Position numbers and translations under genes: made by a program
The notes under the pieces: generated by a model
What the model saw: only the letters and a program-made list of their open reading frames with translations
Databases searched by the model: none
What the model was told of the DNA's origin: nothing
From: Alphaproteobacteria bacterium
Lineage (GTDB): Bacteria > Pseudomonadota > Alphaproteobacteria > UBA6615
Assembly (NCBI GenBank): GCA_002727315.1
Contig: PBWR01000011.1
Span: forward strand, 766-64,765
Direction: 5' to 3'
Length of the DNA stretch: 64,000 bases
Shown here: piece by piece, positions 37,542-48,605 of the stretch
Numbering within the stretch: position 1 is the stretch's first letter
How the letters are laid out: the number at the start of each line of letters is the position of its first letter

Positions 37542-37619
37542 GGTGGCTGTAGCTCAGTTGGTTAGAGCGCCTGGTTGTGGTCCAGGAGGTCGTGGGTTCA
37601 AATCCCATCAGCCACCCCA
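37542..37619 (+). tRNA. tRNA-His(GTG), copy 1, with encoded G-1 and CCA
   Basis: G-GTGGCTG/CAGCCAC-C-CCA acceptor stem, CCTGG-TTGTGGT-CCAGG anticodon arm, GGTTCAAATCC T-loop. Confidence 0.97.
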
Positions 37620-37633
37620 ATATTTTCAATGAC

Positions 37634-37915
37634 TTAGCTGTTACTCGTATTTGGCGCTTTGCCAATTTCCGCGACTCTTGTCGCGCATTTGTGCAGTTGG
37701 TCCATCACATCCAGCTTTTTCTGCGTAGCGTGTTTGGCGTATCGCAAAGTGCTTTCGATCGTAGCGTGGGCCAGATAGTCCTGGGCGGCCTTCAGGTCGC
37801 CCGTAAGGACAAGTATGCGCGGGCCAGTGGTGTGTCATCGATACGAAAGCCTGCACGGCGGCAGGCGGCCTTAAAGATCGTGCGTTTGGCTGTGATTGGT
37901 TTGCCGGGATCTCGT
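37634..37915 (-). pseudogene. C-terminal remnant of a tyrosine recombinase/phage integrase
   Basis: Minus strand reads GKPITAKRTIFKAACRRAGFRIDD, then shifts frame to TTGPRILVLTGDLKAAQDYLAHATIESTLRYAK...NS* (TAA 37634-37636). The HxLRH box is decayed and the LGH...T..Y box is recognisable. Confidence 0.8.
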
Positions 37916-38032
37916 TTGCAGTAAGGGCAGGCATAGAGGTCGGGGTAGTATGGGAATGCCTGACCTGATTTTTCGTATTCATGCGCGTCATTTATCAGTG
38001 AAGCCCCTTGTTTCCTGGCCAGCCGATGATTT

Positions 38033-38440
38033 TTAAAAGTGGTCCCTTCTAAACTTTCCAGCATCGTCCTTGGTTCTCTGTTTAAGTTCAAACCAAACCA
38101 TCAATGCCAGAAAAGCGACAACCAGAAGATGTTGCATATCTTTCAGTTCTACGTTGTCCCGATAACCAAACAAGAGACCGCCAATCAGGTAAAACACTCC
38201 GAAGTTAAGAACGATCGCAAGTGATGGTGCGGCCTTAAATGAAAAGAGGTATCTGTAAACTGCATAAGCTAGTAAGCAACCTGCCGCAAAACGGATCGTC
38301 TTATACCGATAAATTTGCTGACTTTCATCGATTTTTAAATCGAAAGGGAAAAATAAATCGGTACCGGCTAAAGTCATTATTATCGATACGATGAACCATA
38401 CGAATAAAATCCAAATCAAAATTTTTCTAAAGGCTTTCAT
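38033..38440 (-). CDS. Low-GC hypothetical membrane protein (~4 TM segments)
   Basis: 135-aa ORF with four hydrophobic stretches and AT-rich codon usage, inside the island. Confidence 0.75.
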   Translation of the reverse strand: MKAFRKILIWILFVWFIVSIIMTLAGTDLFFPFDLKIDESQQIYRYKTIRFAAGCLLAYAVYRYLFSFKAAPSLAIVLNFGVFYLIGGLLFGYRDNVELKDMQHLLVVAFLALMVWFELKQRTKDDAGKFRRDHF

Positions 38441-38697
38441 GACTGAATTCGTTCTCTTTTTTGAACTGTTTAAAGATTAACGTTAAAACGTCATTTAAAA
38501 ATAAAACTGCATTCTTCTTTGGATTTAGCGTGGTGCTAAGTTCTTGACCTAGAAGTTGGGAAAAATACGGACAGTTGAAAAATAGTCTGAAATTTAGTGT
38601 GATTTATGTTCCACTTTTATCGCATATTCTCCACTATTTTCTACTTTCGCCTTGACGGGAAAATTAAAAAACCCCAGAAAACTGCGGGATTTCGTGT

Positions 38698-38775
38698 GGT
38701 GGCTGTAGCTCAGTTGGTTAGAGCGCCTGGTTGTGGTCCAGGAGGTCGTGGGTTCAAATCCCATCAGCCACCCCA
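38698..38775 (+). tRNA. tRNA-His(GTG), copy 2, identical to copy 1
   Basis: Same sequence including G-1 and CCA; preceded by TTGACG at 38652 in an AT-rich context. Confidence 0.95.
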
Positions 38776-38864
38776 TTTCCTCCGCCGACTGACCTAGCGC
38801 AAAACCGTGCCGACCGGAGTGCGGCTAGAATAGCAGCGTTGATATTTGGGGAGTTTGCGGCCGC

Positions 38865-40382
38865 ATGGCGACGCGCTGGATCGATAAAGAACCGGAATTG
38901 TTGAGCGTCCAGCAGATGTACCGCGCCGACCAGGCGGCGGTAGATTCCGGTGTTCCCGGCATCGACTTGATGGAAGCGGCCGGAATTGCGGTGGCCGATG
39001 CGCTCGAGGACAGATGGCCAACAGGGCGTGTGCTCGTCTTGTGCGGTCCGGGCAATAATGGTGGTGACGGGTTTGTGGCCGGCCGGATTCTGGCCGAGCG
39101 CGGCCGTGAGGTGACAATGGCGCTGCTGGGGTCGCGCGACAAACTGTCCGGCGACGCTGCGATCAACGCCAGGCGCTGGCAGGGTCCGGTCGAAGCCGTG
39201 TTTGCTGATCTGGTTGGAAATGCCGACATTGTCATCGATGCCCTGTTCGGGGCCGGGTTGAGCCGTGCTCTGGACGGGGTTGCCCGAGAGACCGTAGACA
39301 GCATGAACGCCCACGCCGTGCCCTGCCTCGCGGTCGATGTGCCCAGCGGTGTCCATGGCGACTCGGGTGCGGTGCTCGGTGCCGCGACGGCTTCGGACGT
39401 CACGGTGACGTTCTTTCGACGCAAACCGGGGCATCTGCTGTTTCCGGCGCGCGGCTTGTGCGGGGATGTGCGGGTCGCCGATATCGGTATTCCGGACGCC
39501 GTGCTCGACGACATCGGTGCGAACCAGTGGCGGAACGCGGTTTCGCTGTGGCGCAGCCGATACCCGACGCTGACACCGGATGGGCACAAATACGGCCGCG
39601 GGCATGTGGTCGTGGCGGGTGGGGCCGAGCTGACGGGCGCGGCGCGCCTTGCGGCGTATGCCGCGCTCAGGGTCGGTGCCGGGCTGGCCTCGATCGCGAG
39701 CCCGACGGAAGCCGTTCCGGTTTACCGGGCCGGCCGTCCGTCGATCATGGTCCGCGAAGTTGCCGACCGAGACGGGTTTGCCGCGATGCTCGAGGACTCC
39801 CGGATTCGCGCTGTGCTCGTTGGCCCCGGCAACGGGGTGAGCAGCGAGACATGCGAACGGGTGGCAACAGCGCTGGCCAGTGAGCGCGACTGTGTCGTCG
39901 ATGCCGATGGCATTTCGGCGTTTGCCGATGATCCCGGTGAACTGTTCGGCCGGGTTCGCGAGCACTCCGGGGATGTGGTGTTCACCCCCCATGATGGCGA
40001 GTTCGCACGACTTTTTGCCAGCACGCTCGATGATGGCGGTTTCGGACGGCTGGGCCGGGCCCGGGCGGCGGCGGCATTGTCCGGCGCCGTCATTTTGCTC
40101 AAGGGTGCCGACACGGTCGTTGCGGCACCCGACGGGCACGCGACGATCAACGACAACGCCCCGCCCGACCTGGCGACCGCGGGAAGCGGCGATGTGCTGG
40201 CCGGTCTTATCGTCGGATTGATGGCCCAGGGAATGGGTGGCTTCGACGCTGCATCTGCGGCGGTGTGGTTGCATGGTGCAGCGGCGGCGGCGTTTGGCCC
40301 GGGACTGATCGCAGATGATATTGTAGATGCACTGCCGGGGGTGCTCGCAACGCTGCGCGAGGAACAGCGGGCAACGCCATGA
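38865..40382 (+). CDS. nnr: Bifunctional NAD(P)H-hydrate epimerase/dehydratase (NnrE-NnrD)
   Basis: LMEAAG, CGPGNNGGDG, DALFGAGL, VDVPSG, HKYGRG, GPGNG, DADG, TPHDGEFARL, LATAGSGDVLAG. Confidence 0.95.
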   Translation: MATRWIDKEPELLSVQQMYRADQAAVDSGVPGIDLMEAAGIAVADALEDRWPTGRVLVLCGPGNNGGDGFVAGRILAERGREVTMALLGSRDKLSGDAAINARRWQGPVEAVFADLVGNADIVIDALFGAGLSRALDGVARETVDSMNAHAVPCLAVDVPSGVHGDSGAVLGAATASDVTVTFFRRKPGHLLFPARGLCGDVRVADIGIPDAVLDDIGANQWRNAVSLWRSRYPTLTPDGHKYGRGHVVVAGGAELTGAARLAAYAALRVGAGLASIASPTEAVPVYRAGRPSIMVREVADRDGFAAMLEDSRIRAVLVGPGNGVSSETCERVATALASERDCVVDADGISAFADDPGELFGRVREHSGDVVFTPHDGEFARLFASTLDDGGFGRLGRARAAAALSGAVILLKGADTVVAAPDGHATINDNAPPDLATAGSGDVLAGLIVGLMAQGMGGFDAASAAVWLHGAAAAAFGPGLIADDIVDALPGVLATLREEQRATP

Positions 40383-40503
40383 TAGGGATTTCTGGTCAGC
40401 CGTTTACTCGGCTGACGTGATGGTATAGGACATCCGCCGTTCGGCGGGATTGCCCGTTGGAACGCGCGTGGCGTGCGATCCCGGCATGTTTACAAGTGCG
40501 TGC

Positions 40504-40590
40504 GCGGGCGTGGCGAAATTGGTAGACGCGCCAGGTTTAGGTCCTGGTGACTGAAAAGTCGTGGGGGTTCGAGTCCCTTCGCCCGCACCA
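40504..40590 (+). tRNA. tRNA-Leu(TAG)
   Basis: GCGGGCG/CGCCCGC-A-CCA, CCAGG-TTTAGGT-CCTGG, long variable arm, GGTTCGAGTCC. Confidence 0.97.
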
Positions 40591-40700
40591 CTTGTTCCGG
40601 CGTGTCGAGTACTGACGAGACGGCCAGTTGGCCGCATTTGGGCGGTCGGGAATGGAACCCGGCAGCATGTTATCTAGGAAGCAGAAAATCGGACCTGGTC

Positions 40701-42119
40701 ATGGAAGTCGTCGAAACAAACACCGAGGGTCTGCTGCGTGATTTCAAGATCGTAATTGCAGCAGATGACATTCAGCAACGCGTCGATGCGCGCCTGACGG
40801 AGGTCGGTCGCGATATGCGCATTCCCGGCTTCCGGCCGGGAAAGGCGCCGTTGAACATTCTCAAGCAGCGTTTCGGCAGTGCCGTGATGGGAGAAGTTCT
40901 TGAGGCGGCCGTGCAGGACAGCTCGCAGGAAGTGCTGAGCGATCGTGGCTTGCGTCCCGCCGGGCAACCGAAGATCGAGGTCGTTTCCTTCGATGAGGGC
41001 AAGGATCTGGAGTACGACCTGTCGGTCGAGATTCTGCCGGAGATCGATGTCGTTGACCTGGCCACGATCGAGGTGGAGCGAGTGAAGGTCACCCCGACGG
41101 ATTCCGAAATTACTGATGCGATTGGTCGCATTGCCCAGCAGAACCGTGAAACCAAGCCGATCGATACACCGCGCGCGGCCGAAAAGGGCGATGTCGTTGT
41201 CATCGATTTCGAAGGAAAGATCGACAATGAGCCGTTCGACGGCGGCAAGGGGACCGGTATCCGGCTTGAATTGGGCTCGGACCAGTTTATCCCCGGCTTC
41301 GAGGATCAGCTGGTCGGCGTCGAACCGGGCAAGCCGGTCGAGGTGAAGGTCGCTTTCCCCGACGATTACGGGGTCGATGACCTGGCGGGCAAGGATGCGG
41401 TGTTCGACTGCACCATCGAGGAAATTCACGAGGCCGCAGAGGTGACCATCGACGATGCGTTTGCCGAAGGCCTGGGCCTGGAAAATCTTGGCGCTCTGAA
41501 AGAGGCAATCAGCGAACAACTGGGACAGGAGTACAGTCGGCTGACCCGCGAGCGTACGAAACGCGATCTGCTCGACAAGCTGTCCGATACCCATGACTTC
41601 GAAGTGCCGCCGCGAATGGCTGACGAGGAATTCGACCAGATTTGGCAGCAGATCGAGCAGGCCAAGGAGAACGACCAGCTCGACGAGGAAGATAAGGGGA
41701 AGTCCGACGACGAGTTGCGCGAGCAGTATCGCGACATCGCGCTGCGGCGTGTTCGCCTGGGTCTACTTCTGTCCCAGATCGGTGAGCAGAACGGATTATC
41801 GGTGTCCCAGGAAGAGGTCAATCGCGCGATCATGGAGCAGGCGCGCGAGCTGCCGGGGCAGGAACAGCAGGTGGTCGAGTTCTATCGCGACAACCCGCAA
41901 GCGACCGCGTCGTTGCAGGCGCCGATCTTCGAGGACAAGGTCGTCGATTTCATCATCGAGATGGCGAATGTTTTGGAGCGCGAGCTGACGCCGGAAGAAC
42001 TCAACGCCGAAGCGGAGGCCGAGGCGAATGCTGCGGCCGAGCCCGAAGAGAAAAAGCCGGCCAAGAAAAAGAGCACCAAAAAGGCCGACAAGAATGAAGA
42101 GGACAAGGACGACGCTTAG
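40701..42119 (+). CDS. tig: Trigger factor
   Basis: IPGFRPGKAP ribosome-binding motif; FKBP domain IDFEGKID...FIPGFEDQL...FPDDY. Confidence 0.97.
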   Translation: MEVVETNTEGLLRDFKIVIAADDIQQRVDARLTEVGRDMRIPGFRPGKAPLNILKQRFGSAVMGEVLEAAVQDSSQEVLSDRGLRPAGQPKIEVVSFDEGKDLEYDLSVEILPEIDVVDLATIEVERVKVTPTDSEITDAIGRIAQQNRETKPIDTPRAAEKGDVVVIDFEGKIDNEPFDGGKGTGIRLELGSDQFIPGFEDQLVGVEPGKPVEVKVAFPDDYGVDDLAGKDAVFDCTIEEIHEAAEVTIDDAFAEGLGLENLGALKEAISEQLGQEYSRLTRERTKRDLLDKLSDTHDFEVPPRMADEEFDQIWQQIEQAKENDQLDEEDKGKSDDELREQYRDIALRRVRLGLLLSQIGEQNGLSVSQEEVNRAIMEQARELPGQEQQVVEFYRDNPQATASLQAPIFEDKVVDFIIEMANVLERELTPEELNAEAEAEANAAAEPEEKKPAKKKSTKKADKNEEDKDDA

Positions 42120-42212
42120 GGTGCCGCGGGCAGCAGCCCCTTGCGGAGACTCGTCTCAAGCCTATTTTCTAAGCTTTGCCAGTCTGGCCCGAGTACGGAG
42201 CGACCGAACATC

Positions 42213-42851
42213 ATGCCGAACAACGACGCACCGCGTATGAACGCGCTCGTGCCCATGGTCGTCGAGCAGACGAACCGTGGTGAACGCGCCTACGACATTT
42301 ATTCGCGTCTTCTCAAGGAGCGCATTATCTTCCTGACAGGTCCTGTCGGCGATGAAGTGGCGAGCCTGATCTGCGCCCAGCTCTTGTTCCTGGAAGCAGA
42401 GAATCCGAACAAGGACATCAGCTTCTATATCAACTCGCCCGGCGGCATCGTGACGTCGGGCCTGTCGATCTACGACACGATGCAATACATCCGTCCCGAC
42501 GTTGCGACCCTTTGCGTGGGGCAGGCGGCCTCGATGGGCTCGTTGCTGCTGGCCGGCGGCGCCGAGGGCAAGCGTTACGCCTTGCCGAATGCACGCATCA
42601 TGGTTCATCAGCCGTCCGGCGGTTTCCAGGGCCAGGCGACGGATATAGAAATCCACGCCCAGGAAATCTTAAAAATCCGCGAGCGTCTCAACGAGATTTA
42701 CTCCGGACACACCGGCCAGTCGGTCGACAAGATTGCCGAAGCGCTGGAGCGTGACCGCTTCTACACCGCGGAGGAAGCACAGAAGTTCGGCCTGATCGAC
42801 GAGGTTGTCGAGAGCCGGCCGGAGAGTGATGACGCCGGTGATGAGGACTAG
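42213..42851 (+). CDS. clpP: ATP-dependent Clp protease proteolytic subunit
   Basis: [45 protein letters not shown]. Start may instead be 42237. Confidence 0.97.
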   Translation: MPNNDAPRMNALVPMVVEQTNRGERAYDIYSRLLKERIIFLTGPVGDEVASLICAQLLFLEAENPNKDISFYINSPGGIVTSGLSIYDTMQYIRPDVATLCVGQAASMGSLLLAGGAEGKRYALPNARIMVHQPSGGFQGQATDIEIHAQEILKIRERLNEIYSGHTGQSVDKIAEALERDRFYTAEEAQKFGLIDEVVESRPESDDAGDED

Positions 42852-43002
42852 GTTTCCGGAGCTTTTGGGCCGGATCCGCCAAGAGGGTTTAACTAATTAT
42901 TGATCACTGACGTTTAGCTATTGTTCAATCGCTTCTGTTAGTGATTCGCTCCTGTCGGGGCAAATTGAAAGAACAACTGCCCCAGCACGGGACCACACTG
43001 GT

Positions 43003-44268
43003 ATGAGCAAGTCCGGTAACGGCGATTCGAAAAACACCCTCTACTGCTCCTTCTGCGGAAAGAGTCAGCACGAGGTCCGCAAGCTGATTGCGGGTCCGAC
43101 CGTGTTCATCTGCGATGAATGCGTTGAATTGTGCATGGACATTATCCGCGAGGAGCACAAGTCGACGCTGGTCAAATCCCGCGACGGGGTGCCGACGCCA
43201 AGAGAGATTTGCGAAGTCCTCGACGACTACGTGATCGGTCAGGACCGCGCCAAGCGCGTGCTCTCGGTCGCGGTGCACAACCATTACAAGCGTCTCAGCA
43301 GCGGCCCCAAGGGCAACGAGGTTGAGATTGCCAAATCCAACATCATGCTCATCGGCCCGACCGGTTGCGGCAAGACGCTGTTGGCCCAGACCCTGGCGCG
43401 CATCCTGGATGTTCCGTTCACGATGGCCGATGCGACGACCCTCACCGAGGCGGGTTATGTGGGCGAGGATGTCGAGAACATCATCCTCAAGCTGCTGCAG
43501 TCGGCAGACTACAATGTCGAACGCGCCCAACGCGGGATCGTCTATATCGACGAGGTCGACAAGATCAGCCGCAAATCCGACAACCCGTCGATCACCCGCG
43601 ACGTGTCGGGTGAGGGAGTCCAGCAGGCATTGCTGAAGATCATGGAAGGGACCGTTGCATCTGTGCCGCCCCAGGGTGGCCGCAAGCATCCGCAACAGGA
43701 GTTCCTGCAGGTCGACACGACCAACATCCTGTTCATTGTCGGCGGCGCGTTCGCCGGCCTCGACAAGATTATCTCAGGCCGTGGCAAGGATACGGCGATC
43801 GGCTTCGGCGCCGATGTGCGTAGCCCTGATGACCGGCAGACCGGTGAAATCCTCAGCGAGGTCGAGCCGGAGGATTTGCTCAAGTTCGGGCTGATCCCCG
43901 AGTTCGTTGGTCGCCTGCCGGTGATCGCGACCCTGGGCGACCTGGACGAGGATGCCCTGATTCAGATTCTGACCCAGCCGAAGAATGCGCTGGTTAAGCA
44001 GTATCAGCGTCTGTTCGAGATGGAGGGCGTCGAGCTTTCCTTCGCGGAAGACTCCCTGAAGGCGATCGCCCTCAAGGCCATTGCCCGCAAGACCGGTGCG
44101 CGCGGCCTGCGTTCGATCATGGAGCTCATCCTCCTCGACACGATGTTCGACTTGCCGGGCATGGACGGTGTCGAAGAGGTCGTGATCAATGGCGAAGTGG
44201 TCGACGGAAACGCCGCACCGCTGCATATCTACGCAGACAAGCGCGAAGATTTGGGTACCAGCGCCTGA
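43003..44268 (+). CDS. clpX: ATP-dependent Clp protease ATP-binding subunit
   Basis: CSFC/CDEC zinc finger, [20 protein letters not shown] loop, TGARGLRS. Confidence 0.98.
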   Translation: MSKSGNGDSKNTLYCSFCGKSQHEVRKLIAGPTVFICDECVELCMDIIREEHKSTLVKSRDGVPTPREICEVLDDYVIGQDRAKRVLSVAVHNHYKRLSSGPKGNEVEIAKSNIMLIGPTGCGKTLLAQTLARILDVPFTMADATTLTEAGYVGEDVENIILKLLQSADYNVERAQRGIVYIDEVDKISRKSDNPSITRDVSGEGVQQALLKIMEGTVASVPPQGGRKHPQQEFLQVDTTNILFIVGGAFAGLDKIISGRGKDTAIGFGADVRSPDDRQTGEILSEVEPEDLLKFGLIPEFVGRLPVIATLGDLDEDALIQILTQPKNALVKQYQRLFEMEGVELSFAEDSLKAIALKAIARKTGARGLRSIMELILLDTMFDLPGMDGVEEVVINGEVVDGNAAPLHIYADKREDLGTSA

Positions 44269-44308
44269 GCAACCCACTAGGAATTGTGTTCACTTCTGGC
44301 CCGCTCCT

Positions 44309-44339
44309 CTTGATTGTGGGGGGGTGGTTGCCCAAATAT
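44309..44339 (+). promoter_or_regulatory. Putative RpoH (sigma32) promoter of lon
   Basis: CTTGAT-N16-CCCAAATAT resembles the alphaproteobacterial heat-shock consensus CTTGAA...CCTATAT. Confidence 0.55.
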
Positions 44340-44450
44340 CCGTCTATGGCGCGACTCGCCCCACAGGCGTTCCCTAGCCTTTTGATGTAAACCCACCCGC
44401 AAGGTTTTCCGGCTAATCTGGAAAGCAATCCCGCGAATTCGGAACCTGAA

Positions 44451-46865
44451 ATGACTGATCTTTCCAAAGGTGCGTTGTTCCCCGTCCTGCCGTTGCGGGA
44501 CATTGTTGTGTTTCCGCACATGATCGTGCCGCTGTTTGTCGGCCGTGAGAAGTCCGTTCGGGCGCTCGACGATGTCATGAAGGAGGACAAGCAAGTCCTG
44601 CTGGTCACCCAGAAGGATGCGGGCCAGGACGATCCGTCGCCTGCAGATCTGTTTACGGTCGGGACGATAGGCACAATTCTGCAATTGCTGAAACTTCCCG
44701 ACGGCACCGTGAAGGTGCTGGTCGAGGGCAGCGAGCGGGCCGCGATCGCCGAGTTCACGGACAATGAGGAATTTTTCCAGGCTTTCGCCGAAGTTCTGCC
44801 GAAAGCCGAGTTGGACGAGGCGGAAACCGGAGCGCTGGCGCGCTCGGTCGTCAACCAGTTCGAGCAGTACATCAAGCTCAACCGCAAGGTGCCGCCCGAA
44901 GTCCTGGTCTCGATCAATCAGATCGAGGAGCCTAGCAAGCTCGCCGACACGATTGCCTCGCACCTGTCATTGAAGATCCCCGAGAAGCAGGAACTTCTTG
45001 AGGCCGAGACCGTTCAGAAGCGTCTCGAGAAGATCTACAGCTTCATGGAAGGCGAGATCGGCGTCCTGCAGGTCGAGAAGCGCATCCGCAGCCGGGTCAA
45101 GCGCCAGATGGAGAAGACCCAGCGCGAGTATTATTTGAACGAGCAGTTGAAGGCGATCCAGAAGGAACTCGGCGAGGCCGAGGACGGCCGCGACGAGCTT
45201 CAGGAGCTCGAGGACAATATCAAGAAGACCAAGCTGACCAAGGAAGCGCGCGAGAAGGCCAGCCAGGAGCTCAAGAAGCTGCGCAACATGAGCCCGATGT
45301 CCGCCGAAGCTACGGTGGTGCGCAACTACCTCGATTGGATTCTGGCGATCCCGTGGAAGAAGCGTTCGCGGGTAAAGAAAGACATTATGGCGGCTCAGGA
45401 GGGTCTGGATCAGGACCATTACGGTCTCGACAAGGTCAAGGAACGCATCCTCGAGTATCTTGCGGTGCAACAGCGCATGTCGAAGCTCAAGGGACCGATC
45501 CTGTGCCTGGTGGGGCCGCCGGGTGTCGGCAAGACCTCGCTTGGCAAGTCGGTCGCCCGTGCCACGGGCCGCAAGTTCGTGCGGATGTCGCTCGGCGGCG
45601 TGCGCGACGAGGCCGAAGTGCGCGGTCATCGCCGGACCTATATCGGATCCATGCCGGGCAAGGTCATCCAGGGCATGAAGAAGGCCGGGACCTCGAACCC
45701 GCTATTCCTGCTCGATGAGATCGACAAGCTGGGTGCCGATTGGCGCGGCGATCCGTCGTCGGCCTTACTCGAGGTCCTCGATCCGGAGCAGAACCACACA
45801 TTCCAGGATCATTATCTTGAGGTCGACTATGACCTTTCCGATGTGATGTTCGTCTGCACTGCCAACACGATGCGCATGCCCCAGCCGCTGATGGACCGCA
45901 TGGAGATCATCCGGATCCCGGGCTACACCGAGGACGAGAAGGTCGAAATCGCGAAGCGCCACCTGATTTCCAAGCAGGTGACCGAGAACGGCCTGAAGGA
46001 CGATGAGTGGGCCATCTCCGATTCCGCGCTGCGCGATCTGATCCGCTACTACACGCGGGAAGCCGGGGTGCGAAGCCTGGAACGGGAAATCGCCAACCTG
46101 GCGCGCAAGGCCGTCAAGGAAATAGCCGTCGACAAAGAGGTTTCCGCCGTCAAGGTCACGGTCAAGAACCTCGACAAGTATGCCGGCGTCCGCAAGTTCC
46201 GCTTCGGTGAGACAGAGGCCGACGATCTGGTCGGTGTCGTGACCGGTCTGGCCTGGACCGAGGTCGGCGGCGAGTTGCTGACGGTTGAATCCATCATGGT
46301 GTCGGGCAAGGGCAAGATCACGGTGACCGGCAAGCTTGGCGATGTGATGCAGGAATCAGTGCAGGCGGCCAATGCCTATGTCCGTGCCCGTGCGGTCGGG
46401 TTCGGTATCGAGCCGCCGCTGTTCGAACGCCGCGATATTCACGTTCACGTCCCCGAAGGCGCGGTGCCGAAGGACGGTCCGTCCGCCGGCGTCGCGATGA
46501 TCACCTCGATGGTGTCCGTCCTGACCCAGAATCCGATTCGCAAGGATGTAGCCATGACGGGTGAAATCACCCTTCGCGGCCGCGTGCTGCCGATCGGCGG
46601 GTTGAAGGAAAAGCTCCTCGCGGCGCTTCGTGGCGGCGTGAAGACAGTTATCATTCCGAAGGATAATGAGAAGGATCTGGCGGAGATTCCGGACAACGTG
46701 AAGAAGGGCCTCGAGATCATCCCGGCGACGAGTGTCGACGAGGTGCTTGAGCACGCTCTGACCCAGCCGCTGGTCCCGATCGAATGGGACGAATCGGAGC
46801 ACGAATCGAGCTCGGTTCCGGCCTCGGATGACGATTCCGAGATCTCCGGCGTGGTGCGTCATTAG
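44451..46865 (+). CDS. lon: Lon protease
   Basis: [34 protein letters not shown] (catalytic Ser), GGLKEK. Confidence 0.98.
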   Translation: MTDLSKGALFPVLPLRDIVVFPHMIVPLFVGREKSVRALDDVMKEDKQVLLVTQKDAGQDDPSPADLFTVGTIGTILQLLKLPDGTVKVLVEGSERAAIAEFTDNEEFFQAFAEVLPKAELDEAETGALARSVVNQFEQYIKLNRKVPPEVLVSINQIEEPSKLADTIASHLSLKIPEKQELLEAETVQKRLEKIYSFMEGEIGVLQVEKRIRSRVKRQMEKTQREYYLNEQLKAIQKELGEAEDGRDELQELEDNIKKTKLTKEAREKASQELKKLRNMSPMSAEATVVRNYLDWILAIPWKKRSRVKKDIMAAQEGLDQDHYGLDKVKERILEYLAVQQRMSKLKGPILCLVGPPGVGKTSLGKSVARATGRKFVRMSLGGVRDEAEVRGHRRTYIGSMPGKVIQGMKKAGTSNPLFLLDEIDKLGADWRGDPSSALLEVLDPEQNHTFQDHYLEVDYDLSDVMFVCTANTMRMPQPLMDRMEIIRIPGYTEDEKVEIAKRHLISKQVTENGLKDDEWAISDSALRDLIRYYTREAGVRSLEREIANLARKAVKEIAVDKEVSAVKVTVKNLDKYAGVRKFRFGETEADDLVGVVTGLAWTEVGGELLTVESIMVSGKGKITVTGKLGDVMQESVQAANAYVRARAVGFGIEPPLFERRDIHVHVPEGAVPKDGPSAGVAMITSMVSVLTQNPIRKDVAMTGEITLRGRVLPIGGLKEKLLAALRGGVKTVIIPKDNEKDLAEIPDNVKKGLEIIPATSVDEVLEHALTQPLVPIEWDESEHESSSVPASDDDSEISGVVRH

Positions 46866-47041
46866 GGTTGACGCAAGTAGAAGCCCGAGTCGGACCCAAA
46901 TTTTCGCAAAAAACCCCGGAATTCCGGGCCGTTTCGATTGACGGCTCGGAATCCCGGCTTTTAGACTTCCCGGACTGTTTGGATTTGGGCTTCACGCTCC
47001 AGACATCGATCCACTGAACAAACCCAAAAGGGGGTCAAACT

Positions 47042-47314
47042 GTGAACAAGAACGATCTCGTCGCATCTGTTGCTGACTCATCTGGTCTCTCGAAGGCCGA
47101 CGCCGGCAAGGCGGTTGATAGTGTCCTCGACAACATTACTGGTGCGCTCCAGGGCGGTAACGAAGTCCGGCTCGTCGGTTTCGGTACCTTCTCCGTTGCG
47201 CAGCGCAAGGCCACGACCGGTCGCAATCCGCAGACCGGCGCGACCATCCAGATCCCGGCCTCGAAGCAGCCCAAGTTCAAAGCGGGCAAGGCTCTCAAGG
47301 AAGCTGTGAACTAA
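47042..47314 (+). CDS. hupB: DNA-binding protein HU
   Basis: MNKNDL, GFGTF, GRNPQTG, PKFKAGKALK; lies downstream of lon. Confidence 0.96.
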   Translation: MNKNDLVASVADSSGLSKADAGKAVDSVLDNITGALQGGNEVRLVGFGTFSVAQRKATTGRNPQTGATIQIPASKQPKFKAGKALKEAVN

Positions 47315-47338
47315 ATCAACATCTGATTACGTTTCGCG

Positions 47339-47378
47339 CGGGCCGGTCGCACAGGGTTGCGGCCGGCCCGTTGCGTTT
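47339..47378 (+). terminator. Hairpin after hupB (terminator-like)
   Basis: Stem CGGGCCGGTCGCA/TGCGGCCGGCCCG followed by TTGCGTTT. Confidence 0.55.
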
Positions 47379-47435
47379 CCGGTGTGCGCACGGGACTGGC
47401 CGGCAGACCGGGATTTGGGATAGAACCCGAACACC

Positions 47436-47511
47436 GGGCGGTTAGCTCAGCTGGAAGAGCACCTCGTTTACACCGAGGGGGTCGGCGGTTCGATCCCGTC
47501 ACCGCCCACCA
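47436..47511 (+). tRNA. tRNA-Val(TAC)
   Basis: GGGCGGT/ACCGCCC-A-CCA, CCTCG-TTTACAC-CGAGG, GGTTCGATCC. Confidence 0.97.
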
Positions 47512-47535
47512 TTATCTCTGACGGAGTTGATCTGC

Positions 47536-48597
47536 ATGAGCGGTCCGGAAACCATGCGCGGCGTGTATCTCGACGGCCATGAGGGCCTGTCCTCCGTCGT
47601 CGTCGGGGATCGCCCCAAACCCCCGTTGGGCGCGCGCGACGTGCTGATCAGGGTTGCCGCGGCCGGTATCAACCGGGTCGACCTCTACATGGCCTATGAC
47701 GGCAGCGGGTTCCGCCATGAACTGCCGCTGATCATGGGGGTCGATGGGGCCGGGGTGATCGAGGCGGTCGGGCACGGGGTCACGACCCGCAAGCCCGGCG
47801 AGCGTGTGGTAATCTATCCGGCCAAGTTTGGCGAGGATGAATTCAGCCGTCGCGGCGACCAGATGCTGTCGTTTCAGCGCTCGATCCCGGGCGAGAATTT
47901 CGACGGTACCTTCGCCGAGTACATCGTCATGCCAGCGGAATGTGCATTCCCCATCGCCGATACTCTGAGCTTCCGCGATGCGGCCGTGCTGCCGACTGCG
48001 TACCTGACGGCGTGGCGCATGGTGACCACGGCCGGTCGGGTCACCCAGAAAGATTGGGTGCTGATCCACGGGATTGGCGGCGGTGCTTCGCTGGCCGCCC
48101 TGCAATTCTGCAAGATGCGCAACGCGCGGACGATCGTCACCTCATCGTCTGACGAGAAAAACGCCGTGGCGAAGGGCTATGGGGCCGATGTGCTCGTGAA
48201 CTATCGCGATCAGGATGTCCTGGAAGAGGTTCGCCGCGCCACCGGCAAACGCGGCGTCGATGTCGTCATCGAGAATGTCGGCGAGGCGACCTGGGAAACC
48301 TCCATGCGCGCAGCCGTCGGGGGTGGCCGGATCGTGGTCTGCGGGGCGACCTCGGGACCGAACCCGAAGGCCGATCTGCAGCGTCTGTTCATTCGCCAGC
48401 TGCAGGTGATCGGTGTCACGATTGGTAACTTCGATGAGTTTCGGACCCTGATCGATGCCGCCGAACGCAAGCTGTTCGTGCCTCACTTCGACAGCGTCTA
48501 CGGGCTTGAGGAAGTGCCGGCGGCGCTTCGAAAGCTCGATGCGGGCGACCATGTGGGCAAGATCGGTGTGACGGTCGACGCCAGTCTCGGCGAGTAG
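47536..48597 (+). CDS. MDR-family NAD(P)H oxidoreductase (quinone/enoyl reductase-like)
   Basis: AGINRVD, GVDGAGVIEAVG, DGTFAEY, YLTAWRM, HGIGGG, GRIVVCGATSG. Confidence 0.9.
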   Translation: MSGPETMRGVYLDGHEGLSSVVVGDRPKPPLGARDVLIRVAAAGINRVDLYMAYDGSGFRHELPLIMGVDGAGVIEAVGHGVTTRKPGERVVIYPAKFGEDEFSRRGDQMLSFQRSIPGENFDGTFAEYIVMPAECAFPIADTLSFRDAAVLPTAYLTAWRMVTTAGRVTQKDWVLIHGIGGGASLAALQFCKMRNARTIVTSSSDEKNAVAKGYGADVLVNYRDQDVLEEVRRATGKRGVDVVIENVGEATWETSMRAAVGGGRIVVCGATSGPNPKADLQRLFIRQLQVIGVTIGNFDEFRTLIDAAERKLFVPHFDSVYGLEEVPAALRKLDAGDHVGKIGVTVDASLGE

Positions 48598-48605
48598 GAG
48601 GAACC

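Larger units (their letters stand above)
37539..38775. mobile_element. tRNA-His-anchored integrative island remnant bounded by 81-bp direct repeats
   Basis: Identical repeats at 37539-37619 and 38695-38775; contains an integrase remnant and AT-rich cargo. Confidence 0.75.

Noticed and set aside
37792-38091. ORFs 37792-38091, 37641-37991 and 37577-37924 as real genes
   Set aside because: They are partial or alternative frames over the frameshifted integrase remnant or overlap tRNA-His.
42889-42903. TTAA-N7-TTGA as a CtrA site upstream of clpX
   Set aside because: A one-mismatch hit in an AT-rich promoter is expected by chance and cannot be supported without conservation data.
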